Source: a virus. From it: a DNA stretch of 63,587 bases. Within the stretch, counting starts at the first letter, position 1, and the number at the start of each line of letters is the position of its first letter. The notes under the pieces are model-generated. The model did not search any database. It was given only the letters and a program-made list of their open reading frames with translations, and had not been told where the DNA came from. The stretch spans positions 1 through 63,587 of the IMG/VR virus record IMGVR_UViG_3300031730_000004, one strand, 5' to 3'. Of this stretch, positions 26,676 to 34,450 are shown one piece after another. The position numbers were made by a program, and so were the translations under genes.

Positions 26676-26860
26676 CACTTCCCCTCCATCTTCAAAAGGT
26701 TCAACTCCGTGTTCGCCTCGTCCGGCAGATAGCCGAGGATGAAAAGGCTGCGGAGATATGTATTGTCGAGAATCTCCCGCTTGCGCCAGTGCTGATCCAT
26801 GCGGATCTTGGTCATGTCGCGATCGCGCGGGCGTTCGGAATCGCTGAAATGCGTTTGCAT
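26675..26860 (-). CDS. Hypothetical protein (61 aa); first gene of the second leftward operon
   Basis: AAGGGGAAAAT before ATG 26860 (MQTHFSDSERPRDRD...). Confidence 0.4.
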   Translation of the reverse strand: MQTHFSDSERPRDRDMTKIRMDQHWRKREILDNTYLRSLFILGYLPDEANTELNLLKMEGK

Positions 26861-26988
26861 ATTTTCCCCTTGTCTCTGGACAATGTATTTCACACGATTC
26901 TACGAACGTCAACGACAAAATAAAAGCAGGTGCATGGAAATGGGGGCTTGACGAAACCGTGACGGGGGAACAGTCTCCGCGTCCTCGT

Positions 26989-27026
26989 GAAACGGAAAAC
27001 CCCGCCAGCATGGGCGACTGGCGGGG
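26989..27026 (-). terminator. Rho-independent-type terminator for leftward transcription
   Basis: Perfect 9-bp stem CCCCGCCAG/CTGGCGGGG (27000-27008 and 27018-27026) with a 9-nt loop. On the minus strand it is followed by TTTTCCGTTTC. Confidence 0.55.
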
Positions 27027-27158
27027 CGATCACCGCTCGCGGGGACAAGGGGATGAACGCCGCGAGCCCCTTGATACCATCACCCGTAACATGAGGCAAG
27101 GGGCCCATGCCGTTGTTCATCAAGAGCTTGCCGCTGTCGTACGCAGTGGATTCGCCCC

Positions 27159-29369
27159 GTGCCAATTAAGGACTGGGCCCTTGCATACGCCAAAATAGGG
27201 TGGCCGGTTTTCCCCGTCACCAGATACAAAACGCCGTTCAAGGGCAGTCACGGGCACCTCGACGCAACCACGGACCCTGTCCAGATCGAAGCATGGTGGA
27301 CGGCGCGGCCAACGGCCAATATCGGTTTGGCTTGCGGTGACGTGGTCGTGATCGACGCTGATGGGGTTACCGCCGTCGCCCGCCTCAAGGCGATCGGCAC
27401 CCGCCACGGGGGCTTCCCGCGAACCGGGATGGTACGCACCGCACGCGGCATCCACCTCTATTTCAGAGCGCCCCCAGGCGTGCGGGTCGGAATGGGCGGC
27501 GAGCGACGCAAGCAAGCCGGCGACGACGGAATCGATTTCCGGGGTCACGGGGGCTGGGCGGTACTGCCCCCCTCGATCAATGCCAAGAACGGATTTGGGT
27601 GGACATGGATTTCACCCTTACCGCTCGCCGAGCTGCCAGATTGGCTTATGCCTGAAATAACGGGTCTGGCTGTTGCCCCACGCACTTCTTCTATCGGTCA
27701 TCTGGGCCCGCTACCAAAATATCTCGAAACCGTACAAATTCAACAAGATGTCGGTCGTGCCTTATCTGAAAACTTAAAGGCTGCGTACAGTCTTGCTGAA
27801 CATGCCAGACTTGAGTCAGCACTTAAAGCGACCTCTGCAAACGGCTATTACGACTGGGTTTCAGTTGGGATGGCGCTCAAGGATCTGGGGTGGGAGCGCT
27901 CCGACGGTACGGACCTCGGTTTTGTGATTTGGGATCAGTGGTCTCAGACTTGTCCCGAGAAGTACGCGCTACACGCTTGTGAAACCAAGTGGGCTTCGTT
28001 CAAACGGTCAGGAGTGTCGATCGGAACCGTCTACCATCTGGCGCGGCAGCATGGGTGGAATGGGGGCGCTCCAGCAATTGATCAGTTCACTGGAGCGCCT
28101 CACGCAGGGCAAGAGGCTCCTCGGCCAGCGCTTAACGGCCACGCCAGCGGGGCGCAAGCGCTCCCCGCGGCGTTCGGCGGGCAGCAGCCGATCTTTTTCC
28201 CGGACCGGACCGAGGAAGGCAAGACGCGGGCGACCATGCTCAACACCAAAGTGGCGATCGGCGGCCTCACGGTGGATTGCCGGTACGACCTGTTCCACAA
28301 CCGGATGCTGGTCGGCGGCGAGGTGATCTCGAAGTGGAGTTCCAGCGAGCTCTCGGACCACGTGGTGTCGATGCTGCGCGACATGATCCGCTACCGCTTC
28401 GGCTTCGATCCAGGCAAGCAGAACACCCAGGACGCCGCCGAAATACTGTGTCTGAACAGGATGTTCGATCCGATTCTTGATTATCTGGGTGCGCTTCAGT
28501 GGGACGGCCGACCCCGTCTCGACCAGTGGATGACGGCCTACCTCGGTGCTCCTGACACCGAGCTCAACCGCGCGGTCTCCCGCCTGTCCCTGATCGCCGC
28601 GGTGCGCCGCGTCCGCCACCCCGGAACCAAGTTCGATCAGATCATCGTGCTCGAGGGACCTCAAGGGCAAGGCAAGTCCGAGGCGATCGAGATCCTCGCT
28701 GGCGCCGACAACTTCTCGGACCAGAGCATTCTGGGGGTCGACGACCGCAAGCAGCAGGAACTGACCGAAGGGGTGTGGCTGTACGAGATCGGCGAGCTCA
28801 ACGGCATCAGGCGAACCGACATTGAGCACATCAAGGCGTTCGCCTCTCGCAAAACCGACCGCGCTAGGCCGGCCTATGGCCGCTACATGGTGCAGCAGCC
28901 GCGCCGCACCGTGTTCTTCGCCTCCTGCAACCGCAACGACTATCTGCAGGACGACACCGGCAACCGACGATTCTGGCCGGTCGAGGTGCGAACCATCGAT
29001 CTGGCCGGCCTGCGGCGCGATCGGGACCAGTTGTGGGCGGAAGCGGCTCACCGGGAAGGAACGGGTGAGTCGCACTATCTGCCCGAACGGCTGTGGCGCG
29101 TGGCCGGCGAGATCCAGGCCGAACGCATGGAGGCCGACGAGTGGGCGGACGCGATCGCCAATTACGTAGCGCTCAAAGAACTGACCAAGGTCAGCATCAT
29201 GCAGGTTCTGACCGACAACCAGTTTCTGCAGCTACAGCCCGGCCAAGTCGGCCAGAAAGAGCAAAGCCGCGCGGCGAGGGTGCTGCGCGGCCTTGGCTTC
29301 GAGCGCTATCGCGACGTCACGCCAGACAGCCACGGTCGTCGCCCGTGGCGCTACCGGAAGCCCGGTTAG
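27159..29369 (+). CDS. Bifunctional prim-pol / VirE-type primase-helicase (736 aa)
   Basis: N-terminal AKIGWPVFPV...GLACGDVVVIDADG (prim-pol fold with DxD). C-terminal VLEGPQGQGKS Walker A in a VirE/D5-like NTPase region. GTG start. Confidence 0.85.
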   Translation: MPIKDWALAYAKIGWPVFPVTRYKTPFKGSHGHLDATTDPVQIEAWWTARPTANIGLACGDVVVIDADGVTAVARLKAIGTRHGGFPRTGMVRTARGIHLYFRAPPGVRVGMGGERRKQAGDDGIDFRGHGGWAVLPPSINAKNGFGWTWISPLPLAELPDWLMPEITGLAVAPRTSSIGHLGPLPKYLETVQIQQDVGRALSENLKAAYSLAEHARLESALKATSANGYYDWVSVGMALKDLGWERSDGTDLGFVIWDQWSQTCPEKYALHACETKWASFKRSGVSIGTVYHLARQHGWNGGAPAIDQFTGAPHAGQEAPRPALNGHASGAQALPAAFGGQQPIFFPDRTEEGKTRATMLNTKVAIGGLTVDCRYDLFHNRMLVGGEVISKWSSSELSDHVVSMLRDMIRYRFGFDPGKQNTQDAAEILCLNRMFDPILDYLGALQWDGRPRLDQWMTAYLGAPDTELNRAVSRLSLIAAVRRVRHPGTKFDQIIVLEGPQGQGKSEAIEILAGADNFSDQSILGVDDRKQQELTEGVWLYEIGELNGIRRTDIEHIKAFASRKTDRARPAYGRYMVQQPRRTVFFASCNRNDYLQDDTGNRRFWPVEVRTIDLAGLRRDRDQLWAEAAHREGTGESHYLPERLWRVAGEIQAERMEADEWADAIANYVALKELTKVSIMQVLTDNQFLQLQPGQVGQKEQSRAARVLRGLGFERYRDVTPDSHGRRPWRYRKPG

Positions 29370-29689
29370 GGGGCGGGGGTCGGGGGAACCGATGCCTTCA
29401 GCGCGGTGGCGAGGTCGGTCAGCTTTGCCACGCTGGCCTCGATCGCCGGCGAGTGGTCGACCGGCGGGACGTTGGCGGCGAGGGCTGCCACCAGGGCGGC
29501 AATCTCGGCGGTGACGGCATCTGAAAGCGCTGAAACGGCGGCGTTGAGGTCGGCGAGGGCCTGAGCTTCGGTGTCGGCCATGTGATGGAATCCTTCGGTG
29601 ATGGCGGTTGCGATGAGGCGGGCGGCGTGATGGATAGCCTCGACCATGGCGTCGTTGTGGCGTTCGGCGGGATCGAATTTACCGGACAT
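29366..29689 (-). CDS. Hypothetical Ala-rich helical protein (107 aa)
   Basis: MSGKFDPAERHND... The stop codon overlaps the primase stop on the other strand (TTAG). Confidence 0.45.
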   Translation of the reverse strand: MSGKFDPAERHNDAMVEAIHHAARLIATAITEGFHHMADTEAQALADLNAAVSALSDAVTAEIAALVAALAANVPPVDHSPAIEASVAKLTDLATALKASVPPTPAP

Positions 29690-29727
29690 GCGGGTTCCAT
29701 GGGTGAGGCGGAGGACGATGTAGCACG

Positions 29728-29820
29728 CTATTTTCGAAATGTCACCCATCGGGGCATGAGGCGCCAGACCAACCATCCGAGGGCGGGGCCGGCGAGGAGG
29801 TGGGCGAGGAGGGGTTTCAC
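29728..29820 (-). CDS. Single-TM miniprotein (30 aa)
   Basis: Own translation: VKPLLAHLLAGPALGWLVWRLMPRWVTFRK. GTG in a GTGA overlap. Confidence 0.3.
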   Translation of the reverse strand: MKPLLAHLLAGPALGWLVWRLMPRWVTFRK

Positions 29821-30080
29821 TCGGACACCTCCACAGACTCGACTTCCTCGCAGGTTTCCCCGCGGTGGCTATAAAACAACCCCTGCTTGGCCCGTTCGGG
29901 CTTGGCTGTGCCCTCAATGACGAAGTTAGCGGCGGCGTGCAACATTCCATCGCGTGTACTGCGAAGCTCGCATGCTGCTTCAAACGTGCGACGGACCCAG
30001 TAGCGGCCGTGTGCGTAAAATGGCGAGCCCACGGACACATCCAGGAAGGCAATTTTTTTACCTGTTCGAATGATTTTCAT
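29817..30080 (-). CDS. Hypothetical protein (87 aa)
   Basis: MKIIRTGKKIAFLD...; ATGA overlap upstream. Confidence 0.45.
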   Translation of the reverse strand: MKIIRTGKKIAFLDVSVGSPFYAHGRYWVRRTFEAACELRSTRDGMLHAAANFVIEGTAKPERAKQGLFYSHRGETCEEVESVEVSE

Positions 30081-30310
30081 GCCCCGTTCCACTGATTGGC
30101 GAGCTCGCATGCCTTCCGCACGCCCTCGGCATAGGCTGCCATGGCCGCTTCGCGGGAAGGGAAGCAGCGGTCCCGGTAAACGTCGTTGATGCCGAGCTGC
30201 CAGGTGCGGCCGTTGCACCCGACCATGATGTCGGCCTCGCCGTGGGCGTGAACGAACAGGGAGGGCGAGTGTACCTCCCAGGTGAGGCCGTTGGATTCGA
30301 GGGTTTTCAT
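30077..30310 (-). CDS. Hypothetical protein (77 aa)
   Basis: Track ORF with operon packing. Confidence 0.5.
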   Translation of the reverse strand: MKTLESNGLTWEVHSPSLFVHAHGEADIMVGCNGRTWQLGINDVYRDRCFPSREAAMAAYAEGVRKACELANQWNGA

Positions 30311-30322
30311 TGTTTTTCCCCT

Positions 30323-30535
30323 TCAAAGTGTGACGCGAGCGGCGAGGCGCTCGCTGATGATGCCGTTCCGCGCGCAGGAGTCGACGAAGTCAACGAAAGT
30401 TGCGCGGGTGTCGGCCGGGTAGTCGCCGTTGCGGTATTTCTTGCGAACGGCGGTCGGGTGATTGCTCCAGAAATAGCGGCGGAAATCGTCCTGACTGGTG
30501 ATCGGGCGGGATGAAGCGTTGCGGTCGCGTTGCAT
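30323..30535 (-). CDS. Hypothetical protein (70 aa)
   Basis: Track ORF. Confidence 0.45.
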   Translation of the reverse strand: MQRDRNASSRPITSQDDFRRYFWSNHPTAVRKKYRNGDYPADTRATFVDFVDSCARNGIISERLAARVTL

Positions 30536-30544
30536 GGTGGTCCC

Positions 30545-31012
30545 CTATTTATAAACGGCAATCCCACGGGTGTAGCAGGAGCTGATGTCGCTTCCATCCC
30601 CGCCCTCGAGCGTGTTGAGATCACCCGACCGGAGGATATACAGCGCGCAGCCGCGCGGGTCGCCCTGGACGTAGGACGCAAAGCCGGGATAGCGGGCCAT
30701 GATCTGGGCCAAGCGCTTAAGGGCACCGCGCTCGCGGTCGGGCATAAGCGAGTAGGTCACGATATCCTTGCCCTCGCCATGGCGATAATGGTGATGTTCC
30801 AAGTAAGGCGGGCCATCGTCGTCATGGATAAAACCGGGCGTTACCTTTTTGTGGCCTCGAGCGATCGCCCATGATCCATAAGAGTTCCCATCGCCGCATT
30901 CCAGCTCATGCCAACGTTGCAAGGTCATGGAGATGCGGCGGAGCGCCGTGGCGTCTTCGTATGAGATGCCGGCGGCTTGCAGGTCGTCGATACAGGTTCG
31001 TTTGGCTAGCAT
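30545..31012 (-). CDS. Hypothetical protein (155 aa)
   Basis: Track ORF; GGGGAACCACC before the ATG. Confidence 0.5.
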   Translation of the reverse strand: MLAKRTCIDDLQAAGISYEDATALRRISMTLQRWHELECGDGNSYGSWAIARGHKKVTPGFIHDDDGPPYLEHHHYRHGEGKDIVTYSLMPDRERGALKRLAQIMARYPGFASYVQGDPRGCALYILRSGDLNTLEGGDGSDISSCYTRGIAVYK

Positions 31013-31063
31013 GGTGGTTCCCCTTGTTTGGTTCTGTTTTAGTACATTGTATTGGGCGAGGCG

Positions 31064-31165
31064 TCAAGACAGATAGATCAGTCCTGCCATGAGGTAACCA
31101 GCGAGGGCGCATAGTCCCAGGGAGGTGCCGACGGCGGTACAGCTGATGATTTCGGTGTGGGTCAC
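31064..31165 (-). CDS. Single-TM miniprotein (33 aa)
   Basis: Own translation: VTHTEIISCTAVGTSLGLCALAGYLMAGLIYLS. GTGA overlap. Confidence 0.3.
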   Translation of the reverse strand: MTHTEIISCTAVGTSLGLCALAGYLMAGLIYLS

Positions 31166-31473
31166 GATTGCGCCTCACTTGCGCGCTGGTAGGTATATTT
31201 GCCCAAACCGGTCAATTCATCGCGAGTTGGCGCGGCCTCGCCAATTGCCTTAAGGCAGCATGCCAGCAAGGGGCCGGTCATGCCGGCAACGATTGCGGCG
31301 CGCGGCAAAGCGCCTCTGGCAATGTCCTCGAGGATATCGTCCACCCGCATGAGGTACTGCCCCATGGCGTAGGGATTATAGCGCTTGCCGCGTGACTGGC
31401 GCACGTCGTATTGCGTGACCGCGTGCACCAAGGCGGACCGAACGGTACCGCCGAACATTCGGAATTGTGTCAT
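31162..31473 (-). CDS. Hypothetical protein (103 aa)
   Basis: MTQFRMFGGTV...; ATGA overlap upstream. Confidence 0.45.
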   Translation of the reverse strand: MTQFRMFGGTVRSALVHAVTQYDVRQSRGKRYNPYAMGQYLMRVDDILEDIARGALPRAAIVAGMTGPLLACCLKAIGEAAPTRDELTGLGKYTYQRASEAQS

Positions 31474-31781
31474 GGCTCGAATTCCATTGAATTGACGATG
31501 TGGTCCGGGTGTTTCGCCATGCCGCCGCAATCAAGAATGTACTGGATTTGCTGGCGGGCACGGGTTGCGTTCCTCTTGACCAGCTGTTCCATGAGGTAGT
31601 GGCAGGAATAGCCGTTCGGGTGAGTGGCAAGAAGCGACTCGCCGCGCGCGTGTTTGTGGAAAAGGCCATGCGTGTCGAGGTCGGCGATCGTGCGGACTTG
31701 CAGTATGCCGAATGGCGTTTCCACGGGCTGAAGAATGCTCTTGTCGCTTGGTGGGAATAGCGAGTCGCCAATGTGTCGCAT
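31470..31781 (-). CDS. Hypothetical protein (103 aa)
   Basis: Track ORF. Confidence 0.45.
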   Translation of the reverse strand: MRHIGDSLFPPSDKSILQPVETPFGILQVRTIADLDTHGLFHKHARGESLLATHPNGYSCHYLMEQLVKRNATRARQQIQYILDCGGMAKHPDHIVNSMEFEP

Positions 31782-31867
31782 CTGTCTTGCTCCAAGGTTT
31801 GAGGGACTTCTACTGCCTCAAGCCCGGTATCCTTTCGGAGCCGGGCACAAGGGAGGGTTTGGGCGGG

Positions 31868-32218
31868 CTATTTGCAGCCGTAGGCGCTGAAAGCGCGGCA
31901 AATGCGCATACGCGACGATTCGGTGAGGTGCTCGGGGAAGTGAAGGGAGCGCGATTCGTGGATTCCCTTCTCGATTTGCTCGCGCGTGCATTCGTTCCAG
32001 TTATGGAAGGTAAGCCACCGAACACCGCGCGCGGGGTAGCTGTCCGGCTCGCATGCGACGGCCCATGACGGCTCGCGATATTCCAAACCAAGGTGTACGG
32101 CATCGCTCAGCGAAACGTTCTCGATAACGAAACCGCGTTCGTCAGCCTCGCAAACGTCCTCGCCTTCGTCATGAGGGAAGTAGCGCTCGAAAGTGACTGA
32201 AAAGCCTTTGCGTGTCAT
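31868..32218 (-). CDS. Hypothetical protein (116 aa)
   Basis: GGAGGAACC RBS before the ATG. Confidence 0.5.
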   Translation of the reverse strand: MTRKGFSVTFERYFPHDEGEDVCEADERGFVIENVSLSDAVHLGLEYREPSWAVACEPDSYPARGVRWLTFHNWNECTREQIEKGIHESRSLHFPEHLTESSRMRICRAFSAYGCK

Positions 32219-32294
32219 TGGTCGGTTCCTCCGGGATAGTGGCTAGAATTGGTTTTAAAGGGGTCTGGGTGAGTTTTGGGTGGGAGGGGGCTAG

Positions 32295-32477
32295 TCAGGG
32301 GGGTAGCCCGGACCACATCGCCTTGAGGCTGGCGAGCTCCGCATAGCGTTCTGGCCATGTCGAGCGCAGCGTGGCCCAATCCATGCCAAAGGTGAGGCCG
32401 CCCCGCATGTCGCGGAAACACTGGTTGATGATTGCGTTGTAGCGGCGCAGTGCGCCTCGCTTGGTCCTGATAGTCAT
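32295..32477 (-). CDS. Hypothetical protein (60 aa); first gene of the leftward early operon
   Basis: GAGAGGGGAATTGAA before ATG 32477. Confidence 0.5.
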   Translation of the reverse strand: MTIRTKRGALRRYNAIINQCFRDMRGGLTFGMDWATLRSTWPERYAELASLKAMWSGLPP

Positions 32478-32506
32478 TTCAATTCCCCTCTCGTTGGTGT
32501 CCGGTC

Positions 32507-32535
32507 AATATACATTGTATCAGAGGCGGGGCAAG
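32507..32535 (-). promoter_or_regulatory. Candidate leftward early promoter with an overlapping palindromic operator
   Basis: Minus strand reads CTTGCC-N17-TATATT (-35 at 32530-32535, -10 at 32507-32512). The palindrome ATACATTGTAT at 32510-32520 overlaps the -10. Confidence 0.45.
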
Positions 32536-32571
32536 GGGATTCTCGCTTGGCGCCATCACAAGAACGTGAGT

Positions 32572-32850
32572 GGGACACTGGGCCATAGAGTGGGCCACCG
32601 TAACCCATTGATATTGGCTGGTTGTCCCACCTGTCCCAGTATGTCCCACTTGATTCTATATTGGTTTGTAGAAAGGGAGATAGGGACAGGTGGGGTATAC
32701 AGTGTATAGGGACAGTGGGGACAGGGGAATATAGGGGACAATAGGGAATCAGTGGGCCAAGGTGGGACAAGTGGGACAGCGTTGATATCATTGAGGTTTT
32801 TAGAATGACCAAGTGGGACCGAAGTGGGACGGACCGGGACATAGCGGGAC
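32572..32850. repeat. Iteron array: 14 exact GGGAC/GTCCC cores (mostly within GTGGGACA) plus about 5 one-mismatch copies; putative replication origin or multi-site protein-binding platform
   Basis: Three inverted copies TGTCCCA at 32623, 32632 and 32642 with 9-10 bp spacing. Then an AT-rich spacer at 32649-32680. Then forward copies at 32683, 32709, 32718, 32735, 32764, 32773, 32815, 32826, 32836 and 32846. One more forward copy at 32572. Confidence 0.75.
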
Positions 32851-32900
32851 AAATCGAGATAAAAGTCACTTTTTAGTGAGGCATTGTATTATTTTAGTGT

Positions 32901-32929
32901 TTGACAAGCCTAAATATACATTGTATCAC
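32901..32929 (+). promoter_or_regulatory. Candidate rightward early promoter with an overlapping palindromic operator
   Basis: TTGACA (32901-32906)-N17-TATCAC (32924-32929). The palindrome ATACATTGTAT at 32916-32926 overlaps the spacer and -10. The 16-mer AATATACATTGTATCA is identical to 32507-32522. Confidence 0.5.
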
Positions 32930-32991
32930 TATTTTCGAGCGTAAATTTAGGAACGGAAGTAGAACAAAATAGCGCGATTTAGGAGGATACA

Positions 32992-33087
32992 ATGTCTTTA
33001 GAGCATGCAATCCTGGTTATCATGATGGCTTTAGGGCTTATCCCGGATCTTAGTGCGTGGTATGCTATTGGGGATGACCTGGTTTAA
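32992..33087 (+). CDS. Single-TM miniprotein (31 aa); first ORF of the rightward block
   Basis: AGGAGG lies 5 nt before the ATG. Own translation: MSLEHAILVIMMALGLIPDLSAWYAIGDDLV. Confidence 0.4.
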   Translation: MSLEHAILVIMMALGLIPDLSAWYAIGDDLV

Positions 33088-33131
33088 GGTGACTGGTTAG
33101 TTTCAACAGCCCAAATGGCGGAGGTAGAGAG

Positions 33132-33380
33132 ATGCATGTTCAGGGGCGTAAGGTTTTCGTGACGCGATACGAGGTTGCGGCGTTCAATCGGGGATGGCCG
33201 TGCAGTAAACTGCGGTCGACGCGCAGCTATTGGTTTGAATTTGATTCGCGCGGTGATCTTGCCGACACGGACTTGCCGGAAAGCGATGACGGATCGGAGG
33301 CGAGCGCAATGGCCGACGATTGCAAGAAATACTTGGTTGAGGGTGAGGTGCCTGATTGGGCGGCTTGCACGACTGACTGA
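33132..33380 (+). CDS. Hypothetical acidic protein (82 aa)
   Basis: GGAGGTAGAGAG before the ATG. Confidence 0.5.
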   Translation: MHVQGRKVFVTRYEVAAFNRGWPCSKLRSTRSYWFEFDSRGDLADTDLPESDDGSEASAMADDCKKYLVEGEVPDWAACTTD

Positions 33381-33433
33381 CCGGTTAGCGCTTCGCTTTC
33401 CGGACGAGATGGTTTCAACAGGAGGGGAATGAG

Positions 33434-33640
33434 ATGGTGACGAACAGTGAGTATTGGGAAGGCAAAACGCTGGCATTGATCTATCGCTTAAACGCGCAGA
33501 AGGCTGCAGTGCAGGCGGGATGGCGCATTGCCGGCTTGATGGGTGCCGTGCAGGCATTTGAACACGTCGACTTTCCGGGAGGACACGTAGGGACGTGGGA
33601 GTCGCTTTGTGCAGAGTATGAGATCAAGGTGACCGGTTAG
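33434..33640 (+). CDS. Hypothetical protein (68 aa)
   Basis: AGGAGGGGAATGAG before the ATG. Confidence 0.5.
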   Translation: MVTNSEYWEGKTLALIYRLNAQKAAVQAGWRIAGLMGAVQAFEHVDFPGGHVGTWESLCAEYEIKVTG

Positions 33641-34002
33641 CGGCGGGCTTTCCATTTCGCCAGATTGAGCGCTCCGGCTTTCAGGCCGGGGCGTTCTTTT
33701 GTTTGGCGCAAGCGATTCGCGCGTTCGAGGCGCTCCCGTGCATCACGTTCGATCTTGTCTGCTAATAGCTGCAGTGCCCACGCCGGCGTGCCGCGTCGTC
33801 CTGAACGCCAGTTGAGCGCTACTGTGCGGTGAACGCGACCGTCTAGGAGCTCGACCAGATCCTTGCCCGTTGCACCTGGTCGGAGAGTGTTGGCTAACTC
33901 GAAAAGCGGTGTAGCGGGTTTCAAATCGAAATCTCCTCTGTGGCACAGAGTAGCGATATCTTCCTGCATGCATATGCATGGAGATTCCTGATCGCAAGCC
34001 AT
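33637..34002 (-). CDS. Isolated antisense gene (121 aa), possible DNA-binding regulator
   Basis: GGAGGTGAGGGG RBS. Basic C-terminus. The segment GKDLVELLDGRVHRTVALNWRSGRRGTPAWALQLL is HTH-like. The stop overlaps the stop of 33434..33640. Confidence 0.4.
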   Translation of the reverse strand: MACDQESPCICMQEDIATLCHRGDFDLKPATPLFELANTLRPGATGKDLVELLDGRVHRTVALNWRSGRRGTPAWALQLLADKIERDARERLERANRLRQTKERPGLKAGALNLAKWKARR

Positions 34003-34331
34003 TAACCCCTCACCTCCGACCGGTCACCGCGTCCCCTTGACGACGCACCCAGCACCGCCAGCCATATCCAACTCTTGAGTTAGATACGATAGACCCCATG
34101 TAAATAGATGAATGCTTAGTGTTTACATAGGCTTAGCTGTAGTTTCTAACGTGCAGCCTAGCACCTTGTCGAAATGGAACTCGGCCTCGAGCATGGTAAC
34201 GAAATAGTGATAGTCACGCGACCGTGATAGTTCCCGCGAAGCGATGGCCCTCGGCGAAATAAAATCTTGGGTAGGCCGGGTCGTCCGTCCCCCAAAAATT
34301 TTCCAAGTTACTATTGCAATTTGCAACAGAC

Positions 34332-34354
34332 GATTGTACTACACGAATATCGAC
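34332..34354 (+). promoter_or_regulatory. Copy of the ATTGTACTACAC..TATCGAC motif (variant), upstream of the RNA ligase
   Basis: gattgtactacacgaatatcgac. TTGCAA lies 17 nt upstream of TACTAC. Confidence 0.4.
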
Positions 34355-34450
34355 CGTTCGCCGCCACCCACTATCCACTCGACCTACGCCGCTCACCGGT
34401 GCGTTAAAACCGCAAAACGCTGAAAACCAACCTCTCGGAGCATCCAACGC

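Noticed and set aside
28008-29075. 355-aa minus-strand ORF inside the primase gene
   Set aside because: The plus-strand frame carries clear prim-pol and Walker A motifs. The antisense ORF has no start context and a shadow-type composition.
27100-29420. Primase segment as an invertible element acted on by the serine recombinase
   Set aside because: I found no inverted repeats at the two borders. The right border is a 4-nt stop-codon overlap with the neighbouring gene, leaving no room for a crossover site.
32572-32850. Possible CRISPR array
   Set aside because: The repeat unit is only 7-8 bp, occurs in both orientations, has irregular 8-40-bp spacing and lacks spacer-sized unique inserts. It is iteron-like, not CRISPR.
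32474-32869. 131-aa and 98-aa minus-strand ORFs covering the control region
   Set aside because: They are read through the GTGGGAC iteron array, giving repetitive SHL/PTSVP peptides. The region is low-GC, repeat-dense and flanked by promoters, so it is treated as non-coding.
34123-34326. 67-aa minus-strand ORF in the long low-GC leader before the RNA ligase
   Set aside because: No convincing RBS, and its composition and position are odd. It is kept only as a remark under the 33637-34450 finding.
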